A model generated the notes under the pieces. It had not been told where the DNA came from, did not search any database, and saw only the letters and a program-made list of their open reading frames with translations. 64,000 bases of DNA from a virus: IMG/VR virus record IMGVR_UViG_3300027977_000007; one strand, 5' to 3'. Both the position numbers and the translations under genes were made by a program. Positions 40,875 through 50,934 of this stretch are shown here, one piece after another (the first letter of the stretch is position 1; every line of letters begins with the position of its first letter).

Positions 40875-41300
40875 ATGCCATATACACATAGAAAAGTCGG
40901 TGATAAAGAATGCGTCTTTAAGAAAGACGGTGGTGCTAAAGTAGGTTGCACCAAAGGCGATATCAACAAATACTTAGCAGCATTATATGCTAACGTAGAT
41001 GAAGCTAATACAATTAAAGGTGGTAAAGCCGATAAATTAACCATCAAGCAAATAGCCGATAAATTTGGTAAGTCCGTAGATGATATCAAAGCACAAATAA
41101 AAAAAGGTATCACTGTCGAAATGGAACATACTTCAGATAAGGAAAAAGCAACTGAAATAGTTATGGACCACCTGTCTGAATTTCCAGATTATTATGATAG
41201 ACTTAAGAAAATGGAAGATAAAGCCAAAGAAACATTTAAAACAAATGAAGGTTTATCTTATTCAATAAAACGTTTATTAAGAGAAGGTTTAAATTATTAA
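40875..41300 (+). CDS. Conserved phage protein (DUF5661-like) with C-terminal IKRLLREGL
   Basis: GITVEMEHT..ATEIVMDHL.E.PDYYDRL. Confidence 0.65.
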   Translation: MPYTHRKVGDKECVFKKDGGAKVGCTKGDINKYLAALYANVDEANTIKGGKADKLTIKQIADKFGKSVDDIKAQIKKGITVEMEHTSDKEKATEIVMDHLSEFPDYYDRLKKMEDKAKETFKTNEGLSYSIKRLLREGLNY

Positions 41301-41762
41301 ACCAATATATTCGAAGCTACCACATAATCTTTTATTATCAGCATAGTGGTTATTATATAGGTTTTCATGCTTCACATCCTTTCGTAGCTTTTTGTGCTTA
41401 CTTGTCGGTTTCCATAGTGGAGACTTTTCCCTGTACATAATCATTTTTGGATGTGCCGTCCTAGAGAAAAATCTATGACCCTGCTCTAAGTGTATCTGGG
41501 CAATAGCATCCGAAAATCTTACACCAATACCCATACCTTGGAAATCAGGTAATATAACGGTTCTATGCCCTCGCCAACCATTCTTAAAGGCACCATTTGG
41601 TTGAGCTAAGGTGGCCGAAAAACCTACTACTTGGTCGTCCCAAATCGCAATATAACATCTAGCGGCTTTATTGATGTTGGTATCTAAATAATGATGGTCC
41701 TTAAACATTCTCCAACTATCATAGCTTGTGCGATATACTTGGATATTGATTTCTGGTCGGAC
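41289..41762 (-). CDS. GNAT-like acetyltransferase domain (-1 frame continuation of the ATPase)
   Basis: HHYL, HRTVILPDFQGMGIG acetyl-CoA motif; frame is open upstream to the T9 run (VRPEINIQVYRTSYDSWRM). Confidence 0.8.
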   Translation of the reverse strand, partial: VRPEINIQVYRTSYDSWRMFKDHHYLDTNINKAARCYIAIWDDQVVGFSATLAQPNGAFKNGWRGHRTVILPDFQGMGIGVRFSDAIAQIHLEQGHRFFSRTAHPKMIMYREKSPLWKPTSKHKKLRKDVKHENLYNNHYADNKRLCGSFEYIGLII

Positions 41763-42373
41763 AAAAAAAAACCATTAAGTAATTCACCTGTATCGGTATT
41801 TATTACCCAATCTGGTTCTAACCAATCTAATATGTCACTATGACATGTTGATATAACAACGCTATCTAGATTATTCGTTTCTATATACCTAGATAAAGCC
41901 ACGCTAGCAGCCTTAGCTACCGTTCTATCCACAACACTAGTGTATTCATCAATTACAGCACCAGACCTAAGCTTCCTAGCTAAGTCAGCCCTGAACTTTT
42001 CACCATTGGATAATACGTTATAAGACTTATACCACGATGGTATCGTATTAAAGCCCACAGAGCTTAATTTATTGATACCATCGGCTGGACTATCAAAATG
42101 TGAAATAATAGCCTTAGCTTCGTCCCAAATAGGTTCCTCTTCGATTCCAAAGTGTTTAAGTAGTGTCGACTTTCCACTTCCGCTACTACCTACGATAACA
42201 CCAAGCTTAAATTTCTTGGGTATCTTACTTGGTAACTTCCATGGGTAAAACTTAGAAGTGCCATCAAAAATGCAATCAAAGGCTGTTTCACTAGCAGTTA
42301 CGTATTCATCTTTAATGACAGATGATGTTAATGGAATGGTTTCTCGTTCTAATTTTTCTATTAATTTATCCAT
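41684..42373 (-). CDS. ABC-type ATPase domain
   Basis: GSSGSGKST, LSNGEKFRA, IDEYTSVVDR, TCH; likely start MDKLIE at 42373. Confidence 0.85.
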   Translation of the reverse strand: MDKLIEKLERETIPLTSSVIKDEYVTASETAFDCIFDGTSKFYPWKLPSKIPKKFKLGVIVGSSGSGKSTLLKHFGIEEEPIWDEAKAIISHFDSPADGINKLSSVGFNTIPSWYKSYNVLSNGEKFRADLARKLRSGAVIDEYTSVVDRTVAKAASVALSRYIETNNLDSVVISTCHSDILDWLEPDWVINTDTGELLNGFFLSDQKSISKYIAQAMIVGECLRTIII

Positions 42374-42482
42374 GTATAAATAATAGATTAAAACTATCCT
42401 AAGTAAAGTATAATAAATAAAATGGCCAGATAACAATGAAGGTTATCTAGCCAGTATTATTATAACTAATAATTAGTTACTA

Positions 42483-42677
42483 TTATTTGGTTGCAGTAAG
42501 TGCCTTAAATTGAGCCTCAAGCTTTGCAATTTTACCTTCCAAGATGGTATCTTTTTTGGTAGTTTGTTCTTGCAACCAAATCTTTTTTTGTGAAGCGACT
42601 TCTTTGTTTACGATGTTCTCAATCAACTCAACAAGAGCACTTTCTTTTACTTTAACTGTCTTTTTTGTGTTTGACAT
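42483..42677 (-). CDS. Small late protein
   Basis: VKVKESALVELIENIV; late motif at 42713. Confidence 0.6.
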   Translation of the reverse strand: MSNTKKTVKVKESALVELIENIVNKEVASQKKIWLQEQTTKKDTILEGKIAKLEAQFKALTATK

Positions 42678-42760
42678 ATTTCGAGGTTTTAAATCATTCT
42701 TATAACTAAACAATAAATATATGGAATTTATTAAAAGTTATAATAATGATAAAAAAAATA

Positions 42761-43273
42761 TTAACACTTATAATCTGCGCCATAGCTTGAGGCGAACGCA
42801 TCGGGTTTTACCTTGAAGCTATAGCCCATACCTATGATATAACCAATAGATTGTTGTAATGCCTTATTGGATTCATATAACGGATTTTGATTTATGTCGG
42901 CATGTACTTCTAATGGAATTTCATATTGGTCCAGTATTGGAGCTATCTCATATGCGACTTCAATTGATTTACTTACTTCAAAAACCATACGCTCAGTTAC
43001 AGCCTCTTTATTCTTAGCCTTAAAGCTTTTATTATATGTACTAGTAACTAACATAGCCCCTTCACCATTACCAGTCTTACGATTATCTTGGCTCTTAAAT
43101 TTACGTATAATAATTACCGTAGCGAAGCTATAAGCACCCCGTCCTAGTGTTTGTGAATCGGTACCAACATAAACGTTCAAAAAATAGCCATTTTCCATTT
43201 CGGTTTTAAAAACATCCTCTAAATATTCTATGATTGATACATCAATTTTTTTATTTCCCCTTGTCCATTCCAT
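42761..43273 (-). CDS. RNase H-like YkuK/DUF458 family protein
   Basis: VYVGTDSQ, FATVI, EVHADIN, VKPDAFASSYGAD. Confidence 0.8.
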   Translation of the reverse strand: MEWTRGNKKIDVSIIEYLEDVFKTEMENGYFLNVYVGTDSQTLGRGAYSFATVIIIRKFKSQDNRKTGNGEGAMLVTSTYNKSFKAKNKEAVTERMVFEVSKSIEVAYEIAPILDQYEIPLEVHADINQNPLYESNKALQQSIGYIIGMGYSFKVKPDAFASSYGADYKC

Positions 43274-43290
43274 TTTATTTAATTTTAAAT

Positions 43291-44706
43291 TTATTCAAAT
43301 CTTGTAGTTGGTAATAAGCGTTGTAACTTATCATAATTATCCTTACCAATATCACTAATACTTACTGTAATCTTTCCTAGACTACCACCATTACTAATAT
43401 CCAAGTTAGCAATATCATCAGGTATATAATTAATTGGATTATTATTTATATTCAAAAATAATAAGTTTTTTAACTTGCCAATACCATTAGGTAATGTTTT
43501 TATTTTATTATCACATAAGATTAATATCTCTAACTTCTCTAATGAACCAATAGATGGATGAAGTTCATGTAAGTTAGCTTTACTAATTATTAATTGGTCC
43601 AGATTTTGAAACGTACTAATATCTGGTAATCTAGGTATAGACCTATCAATAAATCTAATCGTTGATGTATTGGAATCTATTACCTCAAATAAAGACTCAG
43701 TATAACCAAATGAAACCAGCATCTTTAAATATGGGTTGGTATCTAATCCAGACTTATATGCTTTGGCCAAGCCAATTAATTCTAAATAAAAGAAATTTCG
43801 TAACGCCTCATCTTCACTTAAGACTAAGCTATAAATATCAACGTTTTCTTTGTTTGTTCTATCCTTTATCTGATTCGTTTCAAAGTGAATTTGATAAATT
43901 TCCTCACTATCACCGTTAAAAAATTTATTATTGATAACGATAAATAACTTAGAAAAAAGATTATCAGGTCTTTTATGATTCGTAGTATAATTCGCAAACA
44001 TACCATTTTTATCCCTAGTCGTACACCAGTTAGCAAAGTTACTAAATACCGAACTAGCCGTTACAGTTAATGGTACGTAAACCGTATATTTCCTATCTTT
44101 ATAAGGTATTAATGCTTGTCGACCATCAACATACTTATTCATTGTTCTTTCTACGCTACTTGGTTCCCTAAGAAAAAACGGGTCAACCGCATCAAAAAGT
44201 TCAGACAAGTTTCTATATTGATTAATATCTGTTGGGTCCGTAATATCCTTAAGTGAAAATGCGTTATTACAAAGTTCCTTGAACTTTTTCTTTCGCTTAT
44301 GTTCGGCAAATAATATCAAGTATTCGTTAGCTTGTGGTAAATCCTCACTAACAAACATAATAGCATCCCTTACACTAGAATCAGTATTCTGTTTGATTAA
44401 CCTAGTAAATACATTCAGCATCCATTGTAGATACATCTTGTTTTCAGTTGGGTCAGCATCAACCATACTGGCAAAAACATCAGAACTAACACTAACCTTA
44501 GTCAATATAAACTTAGGGTTACTAGGCTTAGGCTTTATACTTAGTAATGCAATAACAACACCAGCTGGTGTTGTTATTGTCTTAGTTTCATATCCATTTT
44601 CATTTAAGGTGTTCGTAATACTACCAACTCCAATATCTGATAACTCAAATATATCAAATTGTTCAGCTAGAAACAATAATCTGTCAGTCGTATTTATAGT
44701 TTTCAT
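43291..44706 (-). CDS. Protein with C-terminal leucine-rich repeats
   Basis: LxxLxxLxLxxNxIxxLPxxIG repeats (about 4); central NWCT and YQIHFE motifs. Confidence 0.75.
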   Translation of the reverse strand: MKTINTTDRLLFLAEQFDIFELSDIGVGSITNTLNENGYETKTITTPAGVVIALLSIKPKPSNPKFILTKVSVSSDVFASMVDADPTENKMYLQWMLNVFTRLIKQNTDSSVRDAIMFVSEDLPQANEYLILFAEHKRKKKFKELCNNAFSLKDITDPTDINQYRNLSELFDAVDPFFLREPSSVERTMNKYVDGRQALIPYKDRKYTVYVPLTVTASSVFSNFANWCTTRDKNGMFANYTTNHKRPDNLFSKLFIVINNKFFNGDSEEIYQIHFETNQIKDRTNKENVDIYSLVLSEDEALRNFFYLELIGLAKAYKSGLDTNPYLKMLVSFGYTESLFEVIDSNTSTIRFIDRSIPRLPDISTFQNLDQLIISKANLHELHPSIGSLEKLEILILCDNKIKTLPNGIGKLKNLLFLNINNNPINYIPDDIANLDISNGGSLGKITVSISDIGKDNYDKLQRLLPTTRFE

Positions 44707-44762
44707 TAAGATGTTTTATACCTTTTAGACAAAGATACAACTTTTTTTCTGTAATTACAAGA

Positions 44763-45107
44763 CTACACGTAAAATCTTTTAAAAAAATCATCATCTAAAA
44801 ATTCCTCAATCCTACGTTTGAAAAACCAAGTCACGTTATCAACATAATCAGATTCTCGGTCAATAATGTCTAATATAACGGCATTTGGATTCTCACCATC
44901 AGTTATACGATACTTTATCTCATTTAAATATTCATACTTACCTTGAGAAATTAATTGCTCCATGATTACACTGTATATTTCCCATCGATTTTCATCATCT
45001 TCACTTAGTGTTAATCTTAGTTTTTCAATATACTTATGATACGCTTTATCTAGTGTGGATTCTTTACCATGACTAGGGTTCAATAAATAAAAATTATTTC
45101 CCATCAT
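44763..45107 (-). CDS. Hypothetical protein (paralog of 45222-45545)
   Basis: EIKYRITDGENP motif. Confidence 0.65.
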   Translation of the reverse strand: MMGNNFYLLNPSHGKESTLDKAYHKYIEKLRLTLSEDDENRWEIYSVIMEQLISQGKYEYLNEIKYRITDGENPNAVILDIIDRESDYVDNVTWFFKRRIEEFLDDDFFKRFYV

Positions 45108-45221
45108 TGTAACTTTTTAATGAATGTTATTTACTATAAATATCATAACATTCTTAATAATAATGATTTCTAGACAGATATATTGTAACTTTACTGAATA
45201 TCAATACTAAAAAATAATACC

Positions 45222-45545
45222 CTAATTAAAATTTTTTATCTTATTATATAAGCGCTCAAGTTCTGGTGTATACGTCTTAACAGACTCAAGTACCTCGATT
45301 ACAATGTCCTTTGGATTGCATTCATCAGTAAGCTTATACTGAAGCTCTTTAACTCGTAACATATCATTTAAACTATTCTTCAGCTCAAGCACCACTTGGT
45401 TGTATGTCGCCCACGCTTCACGATTTGAATACGGGCCGTCATGTAGTTGGTTGGTTATTTTATCCTCATATTGGTGCTCTAAAACGGTGTCAAATGCACC
45501 ATAGTGCTCTCGTAATATTCTCCGTATCTTGCCCCTGTAACTCAT
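45222..45545 (-). CDS. Hypothetical protein with IRRILRE tag (paralog of 44763-45107)
   Basis: ELQYKLTDECNP motif. Confidence 0.65.
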   Translation of the reverse strand: MSYRGKIRRILREHYGAFDTVLEHQYEDKITNQLHDGPYSNREAWATYNQVVLELKNSLNDMLRVKELQYKLTDECNPKDIVIEVLESVKTYTPELERLYNKIKNFN

Positions 45546-45546
45546 C

Positions 45547-45876
45547 TTATTGCATCGTTACGTTTTTCGATAAATTAAAATCATCAGATATATTCCCATA
45601 CATCCAATCTCGTATTACTTGCTTCGTGAAATCATCACCCATCTTATACTTATACTTCATGTATTCATATAATGATTTAGGCGTTATTACTTCGTCATCA
45701 ACCTTAATTCTAATCATTGGTTTCTCATTATACTCACCACCCTCACGTACAAACTTTTCAATTGGTTCATAGTTCAGGTCCAATTCTTCTTTCATTTGTC
45801 TTACGATTCTTGAATGAAGTACACCCTCACATAAACGCCCCAACTGACTTTCAGTTATGATTAATTTCTTTTTCAT
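45547..45876 (-). CDS. Hypothetical protein with LIITESQL tag
   Basis: Tag shared with 47327-47773; late motif at 45881. Confidence 0.7.
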   Translation of the reverse strand: MKKKLIITESQLGRLCEGVLHSRIVRQMKEELDLNYEPIEKFVREGGEYNEKPMIRIKVDDEVITPKSLYEYMKYKYKMGDDFTKQVIRDWMYGNISDDFNLSKNVTMQ

Positions 45877-45924
45877 ATCTATAAATATTAGCAGTAAATA
45901 AAAAGGCCCTTGAGGGCCTTAGTA

Positions 45925-46248
45925 TTATGATAATAATGTGTCAATCTTTTTTTGTAAATCTGATTTACTTATGACACCAACCATTCGCTCACTTATTTCC
46001 CCGTCTTTAAATAATAGTAATGTTGGGATATTTCTAATCCCATAGGACTTTGCAACTTCACCACATTCATCAACGTCAATCTTACCAATACCAATATTGG
46101 TTTTATCGGTGTTATCTTCAGATAACGCCTTAATAATTGGGGTTAAGGTTTTACATGGGCCACACCATTCTGCCGAGAATTGTAATAGGGTTATTTCGTT
46201 ATTCTTTAAAACATCTGTAATGTTTTTTTCTGTTACTTCTAATACCAT
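45925..46248 (-). CDS. trxA: Thioredoxin
   Basis: FSAEWCGPCK, IRNIPT. Confidence 0.95.
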   Translation of the reverse strand: MVLEVTEKNITDVLKNNEITLLQFSAEWCGPCKTLTPIIKALSEDNTDKTNIGIGKIDVDECGEVAKSYGIRNIPTLLLFKDGEISERMVGVISKSDLQKKIDTLLS

Positions 46249-46307
46249 TTACTTAAATTTTTATTTTTGTTATTGTTATAAATATATAAAACTAAACCCA
46301 AATAGCA

Positions 46308-46562
46308 ATGACAGACTCAGATTTAATCCTTAATTTTTTAAAGCGTGAATATACCAATGAACACCCAGTAATTTATCTTCTCATTAGTGGTAAAAACAAA
46401 AGTTCATATGTAACGGCTACCAATTCAATTCATAATCTAACCAATGCAATCTTTATTGATTCAGTTAAAGAAGAAATTATTAAACTTAGCGTTCAAGAAT
46501 TTATTAGTCTAAAACAATCAGAATATAGTACTGGTAAATTAAAGACTAAAGCTATCTATTAG
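46308..46562 (+). CDS. Hypothetical protein
   Basis: 84-aa ORF. Confidence 0.5.
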   Translation: MTDSDLILNFLKREYTNEHPVIYLLISGKNKSSYVTATNSIHNLTNAIFIDSVKEEIIKLSVQEFISLKQSEYSTGKLKTKAIY

Positions 46563-46841
46563 CTTGGTGTTATGCGTGTTTACCTTAACCATTAAACGTA
46601 CAGGTATCTCAAATATCACATACTTCCTTAATAAAAAATAATCGATAAAGTACTTGTTGCGTTCAGCAACACCCATATTAAATAATTTTTCTAAGATAGA
46701 ATCTATCGTTAGATAATGGCTTGATTGTCGTGGACTTAAAGTATCATGTTTTAGGTTTTCACCAAATATCCTACAGTAAGACTGATAATCACTACAATAT
46801 GACTCTAAGTATAATGTTAATGTAACCTCACAGATTATCAT
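46539..46841 (-). CDS. Hypothetical protein
   Basis: Likely start MIICE at 46841, which avoids overlap with the next gene. Confidence 0.45.
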   Translation of the reverse strand: MIICEVTLTLYLESYCSDYQSYCRIFGENLKHDTLSPRQSSHYLTIDSILEKLFNMGVAERNKYFIDYFLLRKYVIFEIPVRLMVKVNTHNTKLIDSFSL

Positions 46842-46896
46842 ATATACATGGTTATCAAATATTGTCAATTTATTCAATTTGTTAATATTTATAAGT

Positions 46897-47160
46897 ATGT
46901 TTAATGATTTTGATAAATATATAATGTTAAAGTTCTTGACGAACAATTATCCTGTGATAAAAATAAAACATAATAAACGTTTTAAACGGGCTATAACATG
47001 TCACGATGGTACACGATATTTTTTATCCAATACTACCACGCAACAAAGTTTAAGAAATCACTTAAGCCAAGTATTAAATAGATTGTTTATTTGTGATGAT
47101 ACTAATTTTATTTCTATGGTCTTAGATAATTTTTCACCAACACGACAAAAAAAGCCTTGA
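46897..47160 (+). CDS. Hypothetical protein
   Basis: ATG at 46897 right after late motif 46885. Confidence 0.6.
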   Translation: MFNDFDKYIMLKFLTNNYPVIKIKHNKRFKRAITCHDGTRYFLSNTTTQQSLRNHLSQVLNRLFICDDTNFISMVLDNFSPTRQKKP

Positions 47161-47263
47161 TGTAGTTCCAATATGTAAATATTGGAATTACCGTAAGTAA
47201 ATAAAATATACTAATATGGCCTTCGCCACATAAGCCTAATGCATGTTTAATTATTTCTATCAT
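47114..47263 (-). CDS. Small membrane protein
   Basis: MIEIIKHALGLCGEGH plus a hydrophobic stretch; TATCTTTG promoter at 47281. Confidence 0.55.
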   Translation of the reverse strand: MIEIIKHALGLCGEGHISIFYLLTVIPIFTYWNYIKAFFVVLVKNYLRP

Positions 47264-47326
47264 TCTATTCGTATTTCTTACAAAGATACGAATAATATTT
47301 TTAAAAGACAAATAATTTACCCAGAA

Positions 47327-47773
47327 TTATTTATAAACCTCTAGGATAATTTCCTTAACAACCAAATTACCATTAGAATCATTAACCATAACAACCTCAA
47401 CTTCATTACCAATAGTAACTTGACCACTACCCGTATTTTCTTCGACATTAATCATGGCCCAATCTAAGCTTATCGGTAACGTGATTACATCTTCATTATC
47501 ATTAACGTAGTAATAAACTTCAATATCAACTTCTGTCGGCCCTGTAATACCATATAAGCTAATGTCCTTGATTCCCCAGCTTCTAGCCTCAATCTCGATG
47601 TCATAATATACCGTGGCTTTGATTGTTGGTATTTCACTTATTTCATTACCCTTATAGGTCGCACGATATGTGCTAAAGCTTAACACAACTTCCCTACTAT
47701 ACCTATTATCTACCTGTTCGGTTAATCTAGATTTTAAACGCTTTAATTGACTTTCAGTAATTATTAATTTCAT
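47327..47773 (-). CDS. Hypothetical protein with LIITESQL tag
   Basis: Tag; late motif at 47785. Confidence 0.7.
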   Translation of the reverse strand: MKLIITESQLKRLKSRLTEQVDNRYSREVVLSFSTYRATYKGNEISEIPTIKATVYYDIEIEARSWGIKDISLYGITGPTEVDIEVYYYVNDNEDVITLPISLDWAMINVEENTGSGQVTIGNEVEVVMVNDSNGNLVVKEIILEVYK

Positions 47774-47827
47774 AGTTTTTTATTATAAATATCGTTTATT
47801 TTAATAAAGGTTGTATTATATTTAAAT

Positions 47828-48367
47828 ATGAATAAACCTAAGCTAGAAATAGAACTCATCCCCAAGACTTGCTGGTTCTCATCAGTAAGAACTGCCGTTA
47901 AGCCAAGCCAATGGGATAAGATTAGATTCTTGTCTTATGAATCCGCTGGCCATAAGTGTGAAATATGTGGTGATACTGGTAAAAATCAAGGCTATAAGCA
48001 TAACGTTGAATGTCATGAAATATGGGATTATAACGATGTATCTAAAACTCAAACCCTTGTTGGTCTAATATCACTCTGTGTAATTTGTCACCAAGTTAAA
48101 CATATCGGTAGAGCAATTGCTATCGGAAAACATCAACAAGCACTCAATCAATTGGCTAAGGTTAATAAATGGACACCAGAACAAGTTCAACAACATGTCC
48201 AAGAGTCATTTGAAGTGCATAAGGAACGCTCAAAGCATGAATGGAAGCTGGATATATCACTTCTTACTAAAGAACCCTATAACATCGTTATAAAGCCAAA
48301 TAAAAAACGCATCTTTAAAAAGAAAAAATTTAAAAAACGACCAAAGAAAAAGTTACCTAAAAAATAA
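47828..48367 (+). CDS. HNH-like zinc-binding nuclease
   Basis: CEICG, ECHEIW, LCVICHQVKH; basic tail. Confidence 0.75.
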   Translation: MNKPKLEIELIPKTCWFSSVRTAVKPSQWDKIRFLSYESAGHKCEICGDTGKNQGYKHNVECHEIWDYNDVSKTQTLVGLISLCVICHQVKHIGRAIAIGKHQQALNQLAKVNKWTPEQVQQHVQESFEVHKERSKHEWKLDISLLTKEPYNIVIKPNKKRIFKKKKFKKRPKKKLPKK

Positions 48368-48425
48368 TTTAATATTTATTTAATATGATTAAATATTATT
48401 TATAATATTTATTCAAAAAATATAA

Positions 48426-48746
48426 ATGAACATAATACACGTAAAACCAAATGGTCAAGAAATTGAATCTTGGATTGCTATCATAGATAATGAAGTTGTT
48501 GGTCACATTTTTCTTAAGCATGAAGCTGAAAATAAGATTAAGTTTTTGGATGCGTGGGTACATGATGAACATCGTAGGAAAGGAATATATAGAAATCTTT
48601 GGGATACTAGATGGGAATATGTGAAAGAACACTATAAGAATAAGCTAGTTTATGCATGGTGTAAGGATGTAAGCTTACCACTTCTAATTGAAAAAGGCTT
48701 TACTACAGGTGATATATGTACGTATGTTGAATTTAAGATTGAATGA
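48426..48746 (+). CDS. GNAT acetyltransferase
   Basis: WVHDEHRRKGIY, KGF. Confidence 0.75.
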   Translation: MNIIHVKPNGQEIESWIAIIDNEVVGHIFLKHEAENKIKFLDAWVHDEHRRKGIYRNLWDTRWEYVKEHYKNKLVYAWCKDVSLPLLIEKGFTTGDICTYVEFKIE

Positions 48747-49452
48747 TTGACCAATTACCAAGCATATCCTCCACCAATGCAGTGTTAGATTCAACCCAAT
48801 CACCAGAATTCATATATTCAATATCCTTAATTACTCTAATCTCAGCCTTATGAATATGACCACATATCACCCCATCAAAATTTAAGTCTTTTGAATGATT
48901 AACCATATGGTTCTCGAATTCACCAATAAAGCTTGTTACACTCTTTACAGAATCTTTGATGTTTTTTGATAGCGAATAATATTCTTTACCTCGATATGCT
49001 TGGTATTTGTTATACCACTTATTTAACCAAAGAATCAAGTCGTAGCCAATCGAACCCAACTTAGCTAACCATTTCATATTATTGGTGAAAACATCGAATA
49101 TATCTCCATGTAAAACCAAATACCTTTTCCCATTTAACGATTCTAATTCGTAGTCCTCAACAATACTTATATTACCAAAACTCAGTGGTATGAAGTCATT
49201 TAGAAAATCATCATGATTACCCCTAACCCATATTACCTTCGTGTCATAAGATTTTTTCATTATCTTTACCAAGCATTTCATATGTTCCTTGGTCCAAGGA
49301 TTACCCCTCTTTATCGCCCACCCATCAATAATATCACCATTTAATATTAACGTTTCACACTTAATTTCATCTAGAAATTTTAATATGTTTTTTGTTCTTG
49401 AATATGTTGAACCTAAATGTAAATCTGAAATGATAACCGTTTTATATTTCAT
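48733..49452 (-). CDS. Metallophosphoesterase, UDP-2,3-diacylglucosamine hydrolase (LpxH)-like
   Basis: SDLHLG, GDIIDGW, GNHD, HGD, CGHIH, NSGDWVE. Confidence 0.85.
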   Translation of the reverse strand: MKYKTVIISDLHLGSTYSRTKNILKFLDEIKCETLILNGDIIDGWAIKRGNPWTKEHMKCLVKIMKKSYDTKVIWVRGNHDDFLNDFIPLSFGNISIVEDYELESLNGKRYLVLHGDIFDVFTNNMKWLAKLGSIGYDLILWLNKWYNKYQAYRGKEYYSLSKNIKDSVKSVTSFIGEFENHMVNHSKDLNFDGVICGHIHKAEIRVIKDIEYMNSGDWVESNTALVEDMLGNWSIIQS

Positions 49453-50153
49453 AACCAATAACCAATATCTTTTTTAAAGTGTTCTTTATTGTTTTTATGT
49501 AATAAACTGCTTGCAAAATACTTTACCATATTTATGGTACCAAGCTTTTTAAAGCGCCTGTCGTCCGTATAATGATATTTGTTTAAAATGTAATGCTTGC
49601 CTCGATTAACTTCTTTTGATAAAAAATAATCCTCACAATGCATTAATGTTTCATCAAAACCACCAATGCTAAAAAATACTCTTTTATCTATCATCATATA
49701 TGAACCAACAACAAATGGCTTATCTAATTTAGATAAATGAAAAATAACGTTGCATAAGCCGTAAATCGCTTTAATTACCAAGTCGTCCTCAATGTTTAAT
49801 AAACACCCTAAGATATCAACGTTCTTTTCTCTAAAGATTCTTAAGGAATCCATTATTAAGCTTGTGTCTTTAAAATAAACATCTGAATCTAAAAATAATA
49901 AGATATCACCCCTAGCCTCTAGCGCCCCCAAGTTTCTCCCAACAGATGGTAAGCCACCTTTGATTATCCTTAAGTTTGGTAATAAGTTTAAATATTTTTT
50001 AATAATACTAATCGTATTATCAGTGGAAGCGTTATCAGCAACGATTATCTCAACATATTTTGGTAATTTCTGCTCTACCAAAGATGTTAATAATTTACCA
50101 ATGTATTTCTCTTCATTCTTACAGGGTATAATAATTGATAACGTAATTTCCAT
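49449..50153 (-). CDS. GT2-family glycosyltransferase
   Basis: SIIIPCKNEE, GRNLGA, FLDSD, GGFDE, EDY. Confidence 0.9.
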   Translation of the reverse strand: MEITLSIIIPCKNEEKYIGKLLTSLVEQKLPKYVEIIVADNASTDNTISIIKKYLNLLPNLRIIKGGLPSVGRNLGALEARGDILLFLDSDVYFKDTSLIMDSLRIFREKNVDILGCLLNIEDDLVIKAIYGLCNVIFHLSKLDKPFVVGSYMMIDKRVFFSIGGFDETLMHCEDYFLSKEVNRGKHYILNKYHYTDDRRFKKLGTINMVKYFASSLLHKNNKEHFKKDIGYWL

Positions 50154-50197
50154 ATCTATAAATAGCTTTGTTTTTATACTAACACATTAAAAAATTG

Positions 50198-50569
50198 TTA
50201 ATCTAATTTAGCATAATACCATACTATAAATTTACTTACCAAATTCCAAACAGCTTGAATGTCCGTTTGTTCGTTCGTAATGTATTCGGCATGAGCAAAT
50301 GAAAAATCCTTGCGAAATTTGATACTAGTTTCCACGCTACATGATACGTATGTTTTAAAGATACTTATTTGTGTCGCCTTATCCAAGGCATTAATCTTAC
50401 GTACCACAGGCATCAACCAATCCCAAGAATCATGATAACGACCATGATGCCTACAAATATAAACCGAATATCTTTTATGTGATTCCGCTTTGGTAAAATC
50501 AATATCCATAAACTTAGATATGATTTTATTATTTTCTAATATAATTTCTTCATCAAGTTGTATGTTCAT
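50198..50569 (-). CDS. Hypothetical phage protein
   Basis: YHDSWDWLMPVV motif. Confidence 0.7.
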   Translation of the reverse strand: MNIQLDEEIILENNKIISKFMDIDFTKAESHKRYSVYICRHHGRYHDSWDWLMPVVRKINALDKATQISIFKTYVSCSVETSIKFRKDFSFAHAEYITNEQTDIQAVWNLVSKFIVWYYAKLD

Positions 50570-50934
50570 TTTTTTCTTAGTTCTTTTTGTACCTTAATAT
50601 AATCACTGAAAAATGTATCAAATAATACCGTAGTGGCAACATCAACCTTCTTGATATTAAAAGCCCCACGTATATCAGATAATGAAACCATTATATCGTC
50701 ATCATTCTTCTCCTTGGTTCGCTTGACCACAAGCGGCCCCTTATCCTCAACCCCTTCACCAGTACTGGTTAATTGCTTATATAATGTCTCAATATCAATG
50801 CTAACTTCACCAGATTTCATACCCTTTAGCTTTAGATTAATCGTCTGAGTATCCGTAAGCGTTATTAATATCTCTCGATTATCAAACCTTATCTTGCTTT
50901 CCCTAGTTAAATCTTTATCAAGTATTGTAGCCAT
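50566..50934 (-). CDS. Hypothetical protein
   Basis: ORF behind a TACCTTTG motif at 50951. Confidence 0.7.
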   Translation of the reverse strand: MATILDKDLTRESKIRFDNREILITLTDTQTINLKLKGMKSGEVSIDIETLYKQLTSTGEGVEDKGPLVVKRTKEKNDDDIMVSLSDIRGAFNIKKVDVATTVLFDTFFSDYIKVQKELRKK

